A DNA stretch of 64,000 nucleotides from an uncultured Bacteroidales bacterium. GTDB taxonomy: Bacteria; Bacteroidota; Bacteroidia; Bacteroidales; VadinHA17. Positions 1 through 9,913 of this stretch are shown piece by piece. The position numbers were made by a program, and so were the translations under genes. The stretch covers positions 320,240 through 384,239 of the forward strand of contig CAWIQG010000003.1 in assembly GCA_963838215.1 (NCBI GenBank), given 5' to 3'. The notes under the pieces are model-generated. The model was not told the DNA's origin, made no database searches, and was given only the letters and a program-made list of their open reading frames with translations. The stretch's first letter is position 1. Each line of letters starts with the position of its first letter.

Positions 1-1
1 A

Positions 2-361
2 AAGGAGCTGAAATCCACTCTTGATAATATAAATAAATTCACACAGATGCTTTCGGATAATTCCGGAAAGATGAGCAGTACATTTACCAGCCTTAAAACG
101 ATTACGGATACTCTTGCGGCAGCTGATGTCTATGCCTCTGTTTCGAATCTGAAGAAAAGTCTTGAAAAAACCGCTCTTATGATAGATAATATTAACAACG
201 GAAAAGGATCTGCCGGTAAATTCCTGACAAATGACTCTCTTTATACGAATCTGACCAATAGTCTGCAGAGTTTAAATGTACTTTTACAGGATATGAAGGC
301 AAATCCAAAAAGATATGTTCACTTTTCATTATTTGGTAAAAAAAGTCCTCCGTCCAAATAG
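2..361 (+). CDS. MlaD/MCE-family protein, C-terminal part (5' end lies left of the window)
   Basis: The frame of ORF 47..361 stays open back to nt 2 (KELKSTLDNINKFTQ...). The tail GKGSAGKFLTNDSLY...ANPKRYVHFSLFGKK resembles MCE/MlaD C-termini. Confidence 0.45.
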   Translation, partial: KELKSTLDNINKFTQMLSDNSGKMSSTFTSLKTITDTLAAADVYASVSNLKKSLEKTALMIDNINNGKGSAGKFLTNDSLYTNLTNSLQSLNVLLQDMKANPKRYVHFSLFGKKSPPSK

Positions 362-700
362 TGTTTTTCTAAAATTCAGAGTATCTTGATCTTAAAAAAG
401 ATATCTGAATCAATGACAAAATAGTCCTCATTTTAACCAGACAATGTTGAATTTTGAGTAAGGATTCATAATGAGTTGTAATACACCAACAAACCAGTGT
501 TATTATTCATATATCATTGATATTTAACGTTTTAAACAAAATAAAAAAAAATATTTTCATAAGTTGCTGATGTTTAAAAACATATACTTTTTTTGAGAAA
601 GTCAAGCAAAAAAAATTTTTTTTATTAGTTTTTTTTTTACAAATATTGCTATACGAATCGGCTTGATTCTAACCTTTAATTTTTAAAAAAACCAACTTAC

Positions 701-2131
701 ATGAATAAGTCACATAATGACGTTTGGAATAATTGTCTGCAAATAATAAAAGATATTATTCCATCCATCAGTTACAAGACCTGGTTTGAACCGATCATCC
801 CCTTAAAACTTGAAAACAATGTTCTTACAATTCAGGTGCCAAGTCCATTTTTTTACGAGTACCTCGAAGAGCAGTATATTGATATACTCAGGAAAACGCT
901 AAGACGAGAGATTGGAACTGATGCGAAACTTGAATATAGCGTCGTTATGGAAAATACCAATTTTTCAGATGGTAAACCATATACTGTAAGGTATCCCTCA
1001 AGAAATAAAACGGACCTTAATAACAAGCCGGTTCAGGTCCCATTTGATGTCACCCAGCCTTCAATTAAAAACCCGTTCGTAATCCCAGGTATAAAAAAAG
1101 TTCATTTTGATCCAAAACTTAATCCTGATTACAATTTTGGCAACTACGTGGAAGGGGAATGTAACAGACTGGCACGATCAGCAGGCATTGCTGTTGGGAA
1201 TAACCCCGGGGGAACAGCTTTTAATCCGTTAATGATTTATGGTGACTCCGGACTTGGCAAAACACATCTTTCACAGGCTATCGGGATATTTGTCAAAGAA
1301 AAGCATCCCGACAAGACTGTTCTTTATGTAAATGCAAATAAGTTTCAGACACAGTTTACCGATTCAATAAGAAACAATAACAAGAACGACTTCCTTCATT
1401 TCTATCAGATGATAGATGTTCTCATCCTGGATGATGTTCATGAATTTGCCGGAAAAGAAAAAACTCAGGACATTTTCTTCCATATTTTCAACCATCTGCA
1501 TCAATCAGGAAAACAACTGATTCTTACAAGCGACAAACCTCCGGTTGAACTGCAGGGCATGGAGCAAAGAGTCTTGTCACGATTTAAGTGGGGACTTCAG
1601 GCCGATCTCCAAAGACCTGACTATGATACAAGGCTGGCTATTCTTAAGAAAAAAGCATATAACGACGGAATAGAATTACCTGAAGAGATATTCGAATTTC
1701 TGGCAATAAACATCTCAAATAATATCAGAGAGCTTGAAGCAGTATTAATATCACTTTATGCCCAGTCGACACTCAACAGGAAAGAGATAACACTCGATCT
1801 TGCAAGGCAAATGGTTGAAAAGCTTATTAGTACATCAAGACGTGAAATAACGATTGATTACATCCAGAAAATAGTTTGCGATTATTATAAGATCCCTATT
1901 GATCTTATCCAGGGGAAAACCAGAAAGAGAGAGATTGTACAGGCAAGACAAGTGTCGATGTTTTTTTCGAAAAGCATGACTAAGGCCTCTCTGGCCAGCA
2001 TTGGATCGCATATCGGAGGTAAAGATCATGCAACTGTTTTGCATGCCTGTAAAACTGTAAACAACCTTATTGACACTGATAAGCATTTCAGAAACCAGAT
2101 AAACGAAATAGAGAAAAAATTAAAAGTTTGA
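701..2131 (+). CDS. dnaA: chromosomal replication initiator DnaA
   Basis: 476 aa. AAA+ Walker A GDSGLGKTHL and Walker B VLILDDVH. C-terminal DnaA-box-binding region REIVQARQVSMFF...HATVLHACKTV. Confidence 0.95.
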   Translation: MNKSHNDVWNNCLQIIKDIIPSISYKTWFEPIIPLKLENNVLTIQVPSPFFYEYLEEQYIDILRKTLRREIGTDAKLEYSVVMENTNFSDGKPYTVRYPSRNKTDLNNKPVQVPFDVTQPSIKNPFVIPGIKKVHFDPKLNPDYNFGNYVEGECNRLARSAGIAVGNNPGGTAFNPLMIYGDSGLGKTHLSQAIGIFVKEKHPDKTVLYVNANKFQTQFTDSIRNNNKNDFLHFYQMIDVLILDDVHEFAGKEKTQDIFFHIFNHLHQSGKQLILTSDKPPVELQGMEQRVLSRFKWGLQADLQRPDYDTRLAILKKKAYNDGIELPEEIFEFLAINISNNIRELEAVLISLYAQSTLNRKEITLDLARQMVEKLISTSRREITIDYIQKIVCDYYKIPIDLIQGKTRKREIVQARQVSMFFSKSMTKASLASIGSHIGGKDHATVLHACKTVNNLIDTDKHFRNQINEIEKKLKV

Positions 2132-2133
2132 AA

Positions 2134-3297
2134 ATGGATACTAAAAACTTAACAGACAAGTTTTATGAAAAATACGGGAACAGGAACGAGAAACCTGTTC
2201 TTTTTTTCTCACCGGGAAGAGTTAATCTTATTGGTGAACATACTGATTATAACAGTGGATTTGTTTTTCCCTGTGCCTTAAATTATGGAACTTATCTTCT
2301 TATTCGTAAGATCAAGGGTAACACTCTTAAATTCAGCACAATCAACTTCAATGACGATTTACAAACCGAATTAAAAGGATTATTTGTTAACACAAGTAAA
2401 AAATGGATAAACTATCCGCTTGGAGTAATAAATGAGTTTCTGAAAAAAGGAATAGAATTAAGCGGACTTGAATTCCTTTATTATGGTGATGTTCCAAATG
2501 GAGCAGGTCTATCCTCTTCAGCTTCAATTGAAATGGTTACTGCAGTTGCTCTGAATGATTTTTTTGGCACAGGACTGAGCACTCTAGAACTGGTAAAAAT
2601 GAGTCAGAAAGCTGAAAATGAATTTGTAGGTATGAACTGTGGAATTATGGATCAGTTTGCAGTTGGTTTTGGTAAAAAAGATCATGCTATTTTCCTGAAT
2701 TGCGACACTTTATTTTTTGAAAACGTTCCTGTAATCCTTAATGGTTATTCCCTGATAATTACAAATACAAATAAGAGAAGAGGCCTTACCGATTCAAAAT
2801 ATAATGAAAGACGCTCAGAATGTGATAAAGCTGTTGAATTACTTCAGGCTTATAAGCCTATCCGCAATCTGAGTGAACTTAATACAGGCGAAATTCACAT
2901 TCTGGAAAAATATATTAAAGACCCGGTCGTAAGGAAAAGAGCAAAACATGTTATCAGTGAGAACGGAAGAGTAGTTGAAGCAGTGAAAGTACTGAAAGAC
3001 AATAATATAATTCGTTTTGGAGAGCTAATGAACCAATCTCACGACTCGCTTAAAGATGACTATGAAGTTACAGGCAATGAGCTCGATACGTTAGTTTATG
3101 AGGGGAGAAAGCTTCCCGGAGTTATTGGTACTCGTATGACCGGAGCCGGCTTTGGCGGATGCACTGTAAGTATAGTCAAAAAAACTGCCTCAGAGAACTT
3201 CATGTCCGGACTCTCTGAAGCTTACAGGAAAAAAATAGGTCTTATACCCGATTTTTACCGGCCGGAGATTGGAAATGGTGCAGGAAAAATAGAATAA
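2134..3297 (+). CDS. galK: galactokinase
   Basis: Galactokinase signature GRVNLIGEHTDYNSGFVFPCA and GHMP kinase motif PNGAGLSSSASIE. The ORF track starts at TTG 2128; ATG 2134 is more likely. Confidence 0.9.
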   Translation: MDTKNLTDKFYEKYGNRNEKPVLFFSPGRVNLIGEHTDYNSGFVFPCALNYGTYLLIRKIKGNTLKFSTINFNDDLQTELKGLFVNTSKKWINYPLGVINEFLKKGIELSGLEFLYYGDVPNGAGLSSSASIEMVTAVALNDFFGTGLSTLELVKMSQKAENEFVGMNCGIMDQFAVGFGKKDHAIFLNCDTLFFENVPVILNGYSLIITNTNKRRGLTDSKYNERRSECDKAVELLQAYKPIRNLSELNTGEIHILEKYIKDPVVRKRAKHVISENGRVVEAVKVLKDNNIIRFGELMNQSHDSLKDDYEVTGNELDTLVYEGRKLPGVIGTRMTGAGFGGCTVSIVKKTASENFMSGLSEAYRKKIGLIPDFYRPEIGNGAGKIE

Positions 3298-3452
3298 GAC
3301 AACTTGCTTAAACGCAAGCCCTTCTTTCTATGGTGCCTTCAATGACTGCGTTTTATATACGACGAAGTCTAATGTCATAATATAGATAATTCAGCTATTT
3401 TTTTCTTATTAGAAAAATATGTCGTATTTTTAGGAAAGATTCAAAAGAAGAT

Positions 3453-3662
3453 GTGATAATGTCTAAAACGGTTAAAATATTAAAGTTAATTTCCATCTTT
3501 TTTCTAATTGCGATATTTACAGCCTGTGCACCCTCAAGAAAGAATACCTACTTTGCAAAAAGGAAGAAAAGTTCCCAGGTAAATGCTTCACAACTGGGAA
3601 GAAACAAATTCTATTTTTCTTCAGGCTATCAGAAGAAACTGAATAAAAATTATAAAAAATAG
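3453..3662 (+). CDS. small putative lipoprotein (hypothetical)
   Basis: 69 aa with a hydrophobic signal and a lipobox-like IFTAC, followed by a basic tail. No recognisable family. Confidence 0.35.
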   Translation: MIMSKTVKILKLISIFFLIAIFTACAPSRKNTYFAKRKKSSQVNASQLGRNKFYFSSGYQKKLNKNYKK

Positions 3663-3674
3663 AAATCTGAATTT

Positions 3675-4481
3675 TTATTCATTACAAAAAAAACTCAGCC
3701 CATCGTATGCAAGCATAATTTCAGAAGGTAATTCTTTTGATACTTCAGCATGCAAGCCCATCTGGTGGCTTATATGAGTAATGAACGCTTTTTTTGGTGA
3801 AATCTCTCTTATAAAATCGACGGCTTCTCTTAAACTAAAATGAGAAATGTGCTTTTCTTTTCTGAGTGCATTAATTATCAGGTACTTAACACCAAACAGT
3901 TTTTCTTTACTCTCTTCAGGAATGTAATTAGCATCAGTAATATATGCAAAACTACCAACACGGAATCCATAAACAGGAAGCCTGTAATGGAAAACTCTTA
4001 TTGGAATTATCTGAATCCCTTTAATATCGAAACTATGTTCAGGAATATCATTAAGTCTCATTTTAGGAATTCCGGGATATTGATATTCTGAAAATACATA
4101 GGAATATTCTTTTTTAATACACTTCTGCACCCTTTCTTCTGCATAAATATCTATTGCATCCTGACTTTTATAGTTGAAGGCCCTTACATCATCCATACCC
4201 GATATATGATCCTTATGCTCATGTGTCAATAGAATTGAATCAAGCTTCATGACATGCTCACTGAGCATCTGCTGGCGGAAATCAGGACCTGCATCAAAAA
4301 GTAATGTAGTCTCATCCGTTTCAAGAAGAAGAGAAGTTCTTAATCTCTTATCATGTGAATCGGTCGAAAGACAAGTATTACATTCGCAGGCTATAACTGG
4401 TACACCCTGCGATGTTCCTGTACCCAGAAAAGTAATTTTCACTTTAGAAATATTTCCTGACAAACCTATATTAAAAATCAA
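3675..4481 (-). CDS. MBL-fold metallo-hydrolase
   Basis: 268 aa with the HxHxDH motif LTHEHKDHISG and later His/Asp ligands typical of the metallo-beta-lactamase fold. Confidence 0.8.
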   Translation of the reverse strand: MIFNIGLSGNISKVKITFLGTGTSQGVPVIACECNTCLSTDSHDKRLRTSLLLETDETTLLFDAGPDFRQQMLSEHVMKLDSILLTHEHKDHISGMDDVRAFNYKSQDAIDIYAEERVQKCIKKEYSYVFSEYQYPGIPKMRLNDIPEHSFDIKGIQIIPIRVFHYRLPVYGFRVGSFAYITDANYIPEESKEKLFGVKYLIINALRKEKHISHFSLREAVDFIREISPKKAFITHISHQMGLHAEVSKELPSEIMLAYDGLSFFCNE

Positions 4482-4564
4482 TAATAGGCAACAGGCGGGT
4501 AATTTTTTATCGATACAATCTACAGTAGTATATTTGCTATATTTGAGTGAACAAACTTAACGAT

Positions 4565-5263
4565 ATGACGGGCAGGATTTATCTTATACCTGTAACTTTA
4601 GGAGGTGATGATTTTTTAAAAGTGATCCCCGAGAAAGTAATTAGTCAGACCAGACTTCTGCGATACTTTATTGTTGAGGATATAAGAAGCGCCAGAAGGT
4701 TCTTAAGACTCATTGACAACGCGTTTCCCATAGATGATACAATCTTCTTTGAATTAAATGAACATACTGGGGAATCAGATATAACACATTATCTTGAACC
4801 GGTTTTTGAAGGATCGGATATTGGAGTTATGAGTGAAGCAGGGCTCCCTTGCATTGCTGATCCGGGTGCCATGATTACCGCTTTAGCCCATCAAAAGAAT
4901 ATCACAGTTACTCCATTATCCGGACCTTCCTCAATCGTGCTGGCTCTTATTTCTTCAGGACTGAACGGACAAAATTTTACATTTAACGGGTATCTTCCTG
5001 TCAAACCCGCTGAACGTTCCGCAAAACTCAAAGAACTTGAAAGAAAGAGTGATGATGGATATGCACAGATTTTTATGGAGACTCCATACCGGAACCAGAA
5101 AATGCTGGAATCAATAATAAAGACATGTCACGATGATACAAAACTTTGTATTGCAACTGACATAACTCTTCCTACAGAAGTGATAAAAACCATGAAAGTC
5201 TCGGAATGGAAAAGAGATTTGCCGATGTTAAATGATAAACTTGTGGTCTTTGTAATGCAGTAA
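4565..5263 (+). CDS. SAM-dependent methyltransferase, tetrapyrrole-methylase fold (RsmI-like)
   Basis: N-terminus MTGRIYLIPVTLGG and the segment GVMSEAGLPCIADPG...PLSGPSS resemble the TP-methylase/RsmI family. ATG 4565 is preferred over GTG 4547. Confidence 0.55.
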   Translation: MTGRIYLIPVTLGGDDFLKVIPEKVISQTRLLRYFIVEDIRSARRFLRLIDNAFPIDDTIFFELNEHTGESDITHYLEPVFEGSDIGVMSEAGLPCIADPGAMITALAHQKNITVTPLSGPSSIVLALISSGLNGQNFTFNGYLPVKPAERSAKLKELERKSDDGYAQIFMETPYRNQKMLESIIKTCHDDTKLCIATDITLPTEVIKTMKVSEWKRDLPMLNDKLVVFVMQ

Positions 5264-5265
5264 TT

Positions 5266-5763
5266 CTACTCCCCGGAGCCAGATTTTACATGAACAAGAT
5301 AAACATCATATACTAATGGTGTATAACCTGGTATTGTAAGATATCCTACGGGCCCATAAGCCAGCTTCGAAGGAATGAGGAACATAGCTTTCCCTCCGGC
5401 TTTCATATACGTGATCCCTTCATCAAATCCGGCAATCATATATCCTTCAGCTACAGGAAATATCAGAGTATCGCTTGTCCCGACATTTGTGCCAATAATA
5501 GTCCCGTCAGTGGTTTTAACAGTATATTCCACATAAGCAGTATCACCCATGACAGGTGTGCGTCCAGTACCTACCTGAACATCATAATAATACAAACCGC
5601 TGGGTTTCAAAACAAAATTAATGCTGCTATTACTGCTAAGGAATGTCTTTATCTTAGCGTTCTCTTCCTTTTCATATTTCGCAGAAGGATCGCATGACCA
5701 GAGTGAAATCAGCAAAAGCACCGTCAGTAGAGCAAGTATTCCGGAATTGTATTTTTTTATCAT
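5266..5763 (-). CDS. FKBP-type peptidyl-prolyl cis-trans isomerase, lipoprotein
   Basis: Signal peptide with Cys (LISLWSC). FKBP core GYMIAGFDEGITYMKAGGKAMFLIPSKLAYG. Confidence 0.8.
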   Translation of the reverse strand: MIKKYNSGILALLTVLLLISLWSCDPSAKYEKEENAKIKTFLSSNSSINFVLKPSGLYYYDVQVGTGRTPVMGDTAYVEYTVKTTDGTIIGTNVGTSDTLIFPVAEGYMIAGFDEGITYMKAGGKAMFLIPSKLAYGPVGYLTIPGYTPLVYDVYLVHVKSGSGE

Positions 5764-5826
5764 AGATTTAATTTTTAAGTTTTAGGTACGATCAATAGTT
5801 TAACAACGCAAAAACTATTCCAAATA

Positions 5827-6378
5827 TTATTTGGTCCGCAAGATATTAACATTATAAACAATTATGGCTCTTGAAGGGACCATTTTTCTGTCTCCAATCA
5901 GCCCATATCCTAAAAATGGTGGTATAATAAAAACAGCTTCTGCCCCCGGTTTGAGCATCCGCAGACCTTCATTCAATCCTTGTTCCATTTCACTCTTTCC
6001 TAAAAAAAGTTCCTTTGGACCCAGGTCTTTGGATGAATAACATTTTGTTCCGTCAAGAAGCGAACACTCGTAATCAAAGGTTATTTTATCGCTTTCAACG
6101 AACTTATTCCCTTCTCCCTCCTTTAAAATCTGGTACCACAGACCTGTGGGAGATTCGACCATTTTAAGATTTTTCCGTTCTATATAATTCAATATTCTTT
6201 CCCTGTCTTTCTGTACAAAATACCTGTTCAGATCGGCCATCTCATTTTTTCCCGGTCCAGGTCTTGAAATGGTTTTCTCAGAACTGTTTTTGCATGAAAT
6301 GATTACGAACAATAAGATCGTAAATAAAATATATCTTATTGTCAGATAATTACATCTTATCTTCAAATTTCCAGACAT
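5827..6378 (-). CDS. FKBP-type peptidyl-prolyl cis-trans isomerase, lipoprotein
   Basis: Lipobox FVIISC. FKBP core LNEGLRMLKPGAEAVFIIPPFLGYG. Overlaps the stop of the upstream DHH gene by 29 nt. Confidence 0.8.
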   Translation of the reverse strand: MSGNLKIRCNYLTIRYILFTILLFVIISCKNSSEKTISRPGPGKNEMADLNRYFVQKDRERILNYIERKNLKMVESPTGLWYQILKEGEGNKFVESDKITFDYECSLLDGTKCYSSKDLGPKELFLGKSEMEQGLNEGLRMLKPGAEAVFIIPPFLGYGLIGDRKMVPSRAIIVYNVNILRTK

Positions 6379-7375
6379 TCTCTTTAAGGGCTTTCAGGAA
6401 GTAGTCGATTGTTTTGTCTAATGTACCAGGATATTCGCCACCGGAAGCATTCAGATGGCCCCCACCGGAAAAATATTTTGCGGCAAATTCATTTGAAGGG
6501 AATTGACCTTTTGACCGGAAAGAAAGTTTTATAAACCCATCTTTTTCAATAAACAGGGCTGAGAAATTTATTCCTCTGATAGATAAAGGCAAATTAACAA
6601 ATCCTTCGGTATCTCCTTTAACGTGGTTAAAATCTTTTAAATCATTTTTTGTGAGAAAAATATAAGCGGTTTTATATTCCGGAATCACAACCATTCGCTT
6701 ATTAAGAGCATATCCCTGAAGCCTGATCCTGCCGGAAGAGAAATTATTGTAGATCAGGTTCAGTATTTTTTCCTTTTCAATCCCTGTATCAAGGAGGTCA
6801 GCAACAATACGGAATGTTCTTGAAGAATAGGACCCATGTTCAAAGTTGCCGGTATCTGTAATGATCCCCACATAAAGAGCTTCTGCGTAAGGTCTGCTCA
6901 TAAACTGGTCTTCATTCATTTCACATAAAAGTTCATGAATAAGTTCTGATGTGGAACATTTCGAAGGTTCAGAAATGATCAGATCTGCAAAATTCGCCGG
7001 ATTAAGGTGATGATCAATAACAACTTTCTTCGCATGGGATGCTCTGACTAACTCCTCTGCTTCTCCCAGCCTGTTCGACTGATTAAAATCGAGCATGATG
7101 ATCAGATCAGCCTTTTCAATCAGTTTACTGCATTTTTTTCTCTCTTTTATAAAAATATGTATCAGATCGGCTCCATCCATCCATTTCAGAAACTCCTGCA
7201 GGTAATTTGGTGCCATCATTCCGACATTTCTGCCTCGATTTTTGAGATAATGATATAGCGCTAACTGTGAGCCTATTGCATCACCGTCAGGATTAAGGTG
7301 AGCGATCAGAAGTATATTCTCAGAAGAGGAAAAATGTTTTGATAATTCTTTTGTATATTTGGATAAATCTATCAC
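6350..7375 (-). CDS. DHH-family phosphoesterase (NrnA-like oligoribonuclease/pAp phosphatase)
   Basis: DHH motifs HLNPDGDAIGS, DFNQ, VIDHH and DHHA1 GGGH. GTG start. Confidence 0.8.
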   Translation of the reverse strand: MIDLSKYTKELSKHFSSSENILLIAHLNPDGDAIGSQLALYHYLKNRGRNVGMMAPNYLQEFLKWMDGADLIHIFIKERKKCSKLIEKADLIIMLDFNQSNRLGEAEELVRASHAKKVVIDHHLNPANFADLIISEPSKCSTSELIHELLCEMNEDQFMSRPYAEALYVGIITDTGNFEHGSYSSRTFRIVADLLDTGIEKEKILNLIYNNFSSGRIRLQGYALNKRMVVIPEYKTAYIFLTKNDLKDFNHVKGDTEGFVNLPLSIRGINFSALFIEKDGFIKLSFRSKGQFPSNEFAAKYFSGGGHLNASGGEYPGTLDKTIDYFLKALKENVWKFEDKM

Positions 7376-7460
7376 TTTTGCAATTGTTTTTTCAAGTGGT
7401 TAAAGATAAAAAATATTCCCGAAGAGCAATCCGTTAGTTAAATACCAAAAACAATATTAT

Positions 7461-7901
7461 ATGAATAGTGATTTTACTTTCTCGATTATTAAGCCAAACT
7501 CCGTCAGAACCGGAAAAATCGGACCTATTCTTGCTATGATCAATGAAGGGGGATTCGAAATAGTTGCAATGCGGATGGTCAAAATGACGCTCCAACAGGC
7601 AGAATCATTTTATTCCATCCATAAAGGTAAACCTTTCTTTGACGGACTTGTAGAGTTTATGACATCGGGCCCGGTTGTGGTGATGATATTAAAGCACGAA
7701 AATGCTGTTGATGAATTCAGAAAGCTGATCGGAGCAACAGATCCGGCCAAAGCAGAACCAGGTACTATCAGAAAGATCTTTGCCGTATCGGTGCAGATGA
7801 ATGCGGTTCATGGATCCGATAGTGTTGAAAATGCAAAAAAAGAGGCTGATTTTTTCTTTTCAGAGATTGAGAGATTTTATTCACATGATACTTGCTGTTA
7901 A
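7461..7901 (+). CDS. ndk: nucleoside-diphosphate kinase
   Basis: 146 aa. N-terminus FSIIKPNSV and active-site region NAVHGSDS. Confidence 0.95.
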   Translation: MNSDFTFSIIKPNSVRTGKIGPILAMINEGGFEIVAMRMVKMTLQQAESFYSIHKGKPFFDGLVEFMTSGPVVVMILKHENAVDEFRKLIGATDPAKAEPGTIRKIFAVSVQMNAVHGSDSVENAKKEADFFFSEIERFYSHDTCC

Positions 7902-8032
7902 CAATCTTTTCGCCTAAGCAGGATGGTTGATTTTTTGACAATTCTGTAACCATTAAATACTTTCTTTTTTGTTAAAAGGGAACTTTATATCACCTTTCGT
8001 GTTATTAGCTTTGTAGAATTATAATACATTAT

Positions 8033-9781
8033 ATGGGTTCAAATTTCAGTCAGGACTTTTCCGATAAAAAAACTCTTGAAAAATTTTCATCTGCTTTTAC
8101 ACTTTCGGATATGGAGATTTTCATATTCCCAGAGCTGTTTTATCCTCTTATTCTTGCAGATATAATGTCGCCGGAATTATGGGCATGGAGAGACAATCAA
8201 TGGTTTAAGGACATAGAAAAGAAGAGCTTCACAAATAAAGTCAACAGGATAAAACAGTATATTATTCAGAACTATGTTTTCAATCTTGATCTCTCGACCT
8301 GGGGACTTACCTCAAAAAGCACGGAAATTGCAAGGTTTAGTGATTTTTTCGATATGGAAATGTTAAAACAGTCAAATGCACTGTTTGGATATGAGGGCGA
8401 TAAATACTATTTCGATATTGACATAAGGAAACATTTTGGTCTCGATAAATATGATTCTGATATCATTCCATATTGGAAAACAGAAACCATTGAAGCAATG
8501 TCAGCCTTCAGATATAAAGAGAATTTCACGTCTGGAGCTGGCGAGTGTGTTTCATTATCAGCTCTTTATGCTGCAGCCATGTTTGTTGTTGGAAGAGTGC
8601 CTCTGGAGAAAATCTTCCTTATAGCCACTCCCCTTCATTCACAGGATTTTATAATAGAAAAAGATGGATTAATAACAAACAACCGCAGAATTGTTACAAA
8701 AAATATGTGGTACAACGGAACATCTCTGTCAGAAAAGGCAAGAAGGGCAATGGAAAACGAAAAGGTGACTATTGTTTCGCATATTTCAGGTTATATCCAT
8801 ACTTTGTATAATGAGGCGACAATCGACAGGGAAGCCTATAACCTGTTTTCAACAAAGCTGAGGGACTTTCTGACAACAGATTTAAATAATCTCATTTTCA
8901 TAAATTTTCTTCGTTTTAAATCGAAGTACAAGAATCTCTTCCAGTATGGTTGCGATTTTTCGGGTAAACAACGATATATTTCACTTGAAAAAATGTTTGA
9001 ATATGAACATACCAGCAAGTTCAACGTATCAGCTGAGACGCGTTGTTCTCTTTTAAAAGAAATTGAAGGAGATGAATTTCATCTGAGTCCGATACAGGGG
9101 AAGATCATGCTGAATGATATTGAGGTATTATTGGAAACACATGATGGGAAGAGCCTGAATGAGATTGAGAATGAATTTATCAAAGTTGCGGGTATAATAT
9201 CTGAAGAAATCATTCATGAGATGTTTAAAGAACTGAAAGATTTCATTTTTGTTGACCCGAAAATACCTGATTTTAATAAAAATTACATCCCTGCACCCAA
9301 GCTTCATATAACAAATGAAGACAGCCGCGAAAAAATAATGAACATAATTACCAGGAATACAGATAATTCAGAATTGGCTTTACTTTCACTTTATGTGTAC
9401 AGGCAGATGGATAAAATCGACTGGCGTCCATTCATTAAGGCTGCAATTGAGCGAAACCCTGTCTGCTTCACAGATCTGAACGGAAAAAGTGCCTCAGAAG
9501 TTTTTCATATCCTCAAAACTATGCCTGACGAATCTATATATGACGGCAAGAGGCTGGCTTTACCTGATGAGGTCTGGAATTTCGGGCGCGGAGACGGGAT
9601 CGAAAAAGCTCTGCTACTTTCTGATTTTCTTTTGCATAAAGACAATTCTTCAAAAATTAGCATAGAGATAGACAACAAAAAAGTTCTCCTGACAGTTGAC
9701 GGAATTGATTTTCATTTTGTCTCCCATAAAAACTTCCGGAAGTCGATTCAGATAACCGAAGAGAAATATAAAATAGAGTGA
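8033..9781 (+). CDS. hypothetical protein (582 aa), possible transglutaminase-like Cys-His core
   Basis: Long clean ORF. The only family hint is SGAGECVSLSALYAAAMFVVGRVP...TPLHSQDFI, a Cys...His spacing like transglutaminase-fold proteases. Ends about 130 nt before the CRISPR array. Confidence 0.6.
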   Translation: MGSNFSQDFSDKKTLEKFSSAFTLSDMEIFIFPELFYPLILADIMSPELWAWRDNQWFKDIEKKSFTNKVNRIKQYIIQNYVFNLDLSTWGLTSKSTEIARFSDFFDMEMLKQSNALFGYEGDKYYFDIDIRKHFGLDKYDSDIIPYWKTETIEAMSAFRYKENFTSGAGECVSLSALYAAAMFVVGRVPLEKIFLIATPLHSQDFIIEKDGLITNNRRIVTKNMWYNGTSLSEKARRAMENEKVTIVSHISGYIHTLYNEATIDREAYNLFSTKLRDFLTTDLNNLIFINFLRFKSKYKNLFQYGCDFSGKQRYISLEKMFEYEHTSKFNVSAETRCSLLKEIEGDEFHLSPIQGKIMLNDIEVLLETHDGKSLNEIENEFIKVAGIISEEIIHEMFKELKDFIFVDPKIPDFNKNYIPAPKLHITNEDSREKIMNIITRNTDNSELALLSLYVYRQMDKIDWRPFIKAAIERNPVCFTDLNGKSASEVFHILKTMPDESIYDGKRLALPDEVWNFGRGDGIEKALLLSDFLLHKDNSSKISIEIDNKKVLLTVDGIDFHFVSHKNFRKSIQITEEKYKIE

Positions 9782-9817
9782 TTTTTACGAAGAGAAGTAT
9801 TTATGAGCTTCTTCCAT

Positions 9818-9902
9818 TTCGCCCGCTATGGGGCTTTATGGGTAGCTTTCTTTATAAGCAGGGCGATGCCCATGCTTTAAAATAAATCAGGCCTACGGCC
9901 TG
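9818..9902. repeat. REP-like GC-rich hairpin cluster, copy a (modules M1-M2-M3)
   Basis: TTCGCCCGCTATGGGGCTT ... CAGGGCGATGCCCATG ... CAGGCCTACGGCCTG. Three short GC hairpins in an AT-rich background, with the same module order as copies at 12761 and 18871. Confidence 0.7.
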
Positions 9903-9913
9903 ATTTATTCCCT

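Noticed and set aside
362-700. AT-rich region upstream of dnaA, considered as a candidate oriC
   Set aside because: It contains long A/T runs, but I could not find any convincing DnaA box (TTATCCACA or its complement). The best match is TTATTCATA, at 7/9. Adjacency to dnaA alone is insufficient. Confirmation needs GC-skew analysis and a DnaA-box scan of the whole genome.
3840-4560. ORFs 3840..4091 (+) and 4249..4560 (+), antisense to the MBL-fold hydrolase gene. The same applies to similar antisense ORFs elsewhere, for example 1835..2086, 8436..8811, 21158..21664, 23770..24522, 36903..37321, 43352..44034, 45638..46189 and 62779..63382.
   Set aside because: Each lies inside a longer ORF on the opposite strand or in another frame that has clear family motifs. 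None shows a motif of its own.
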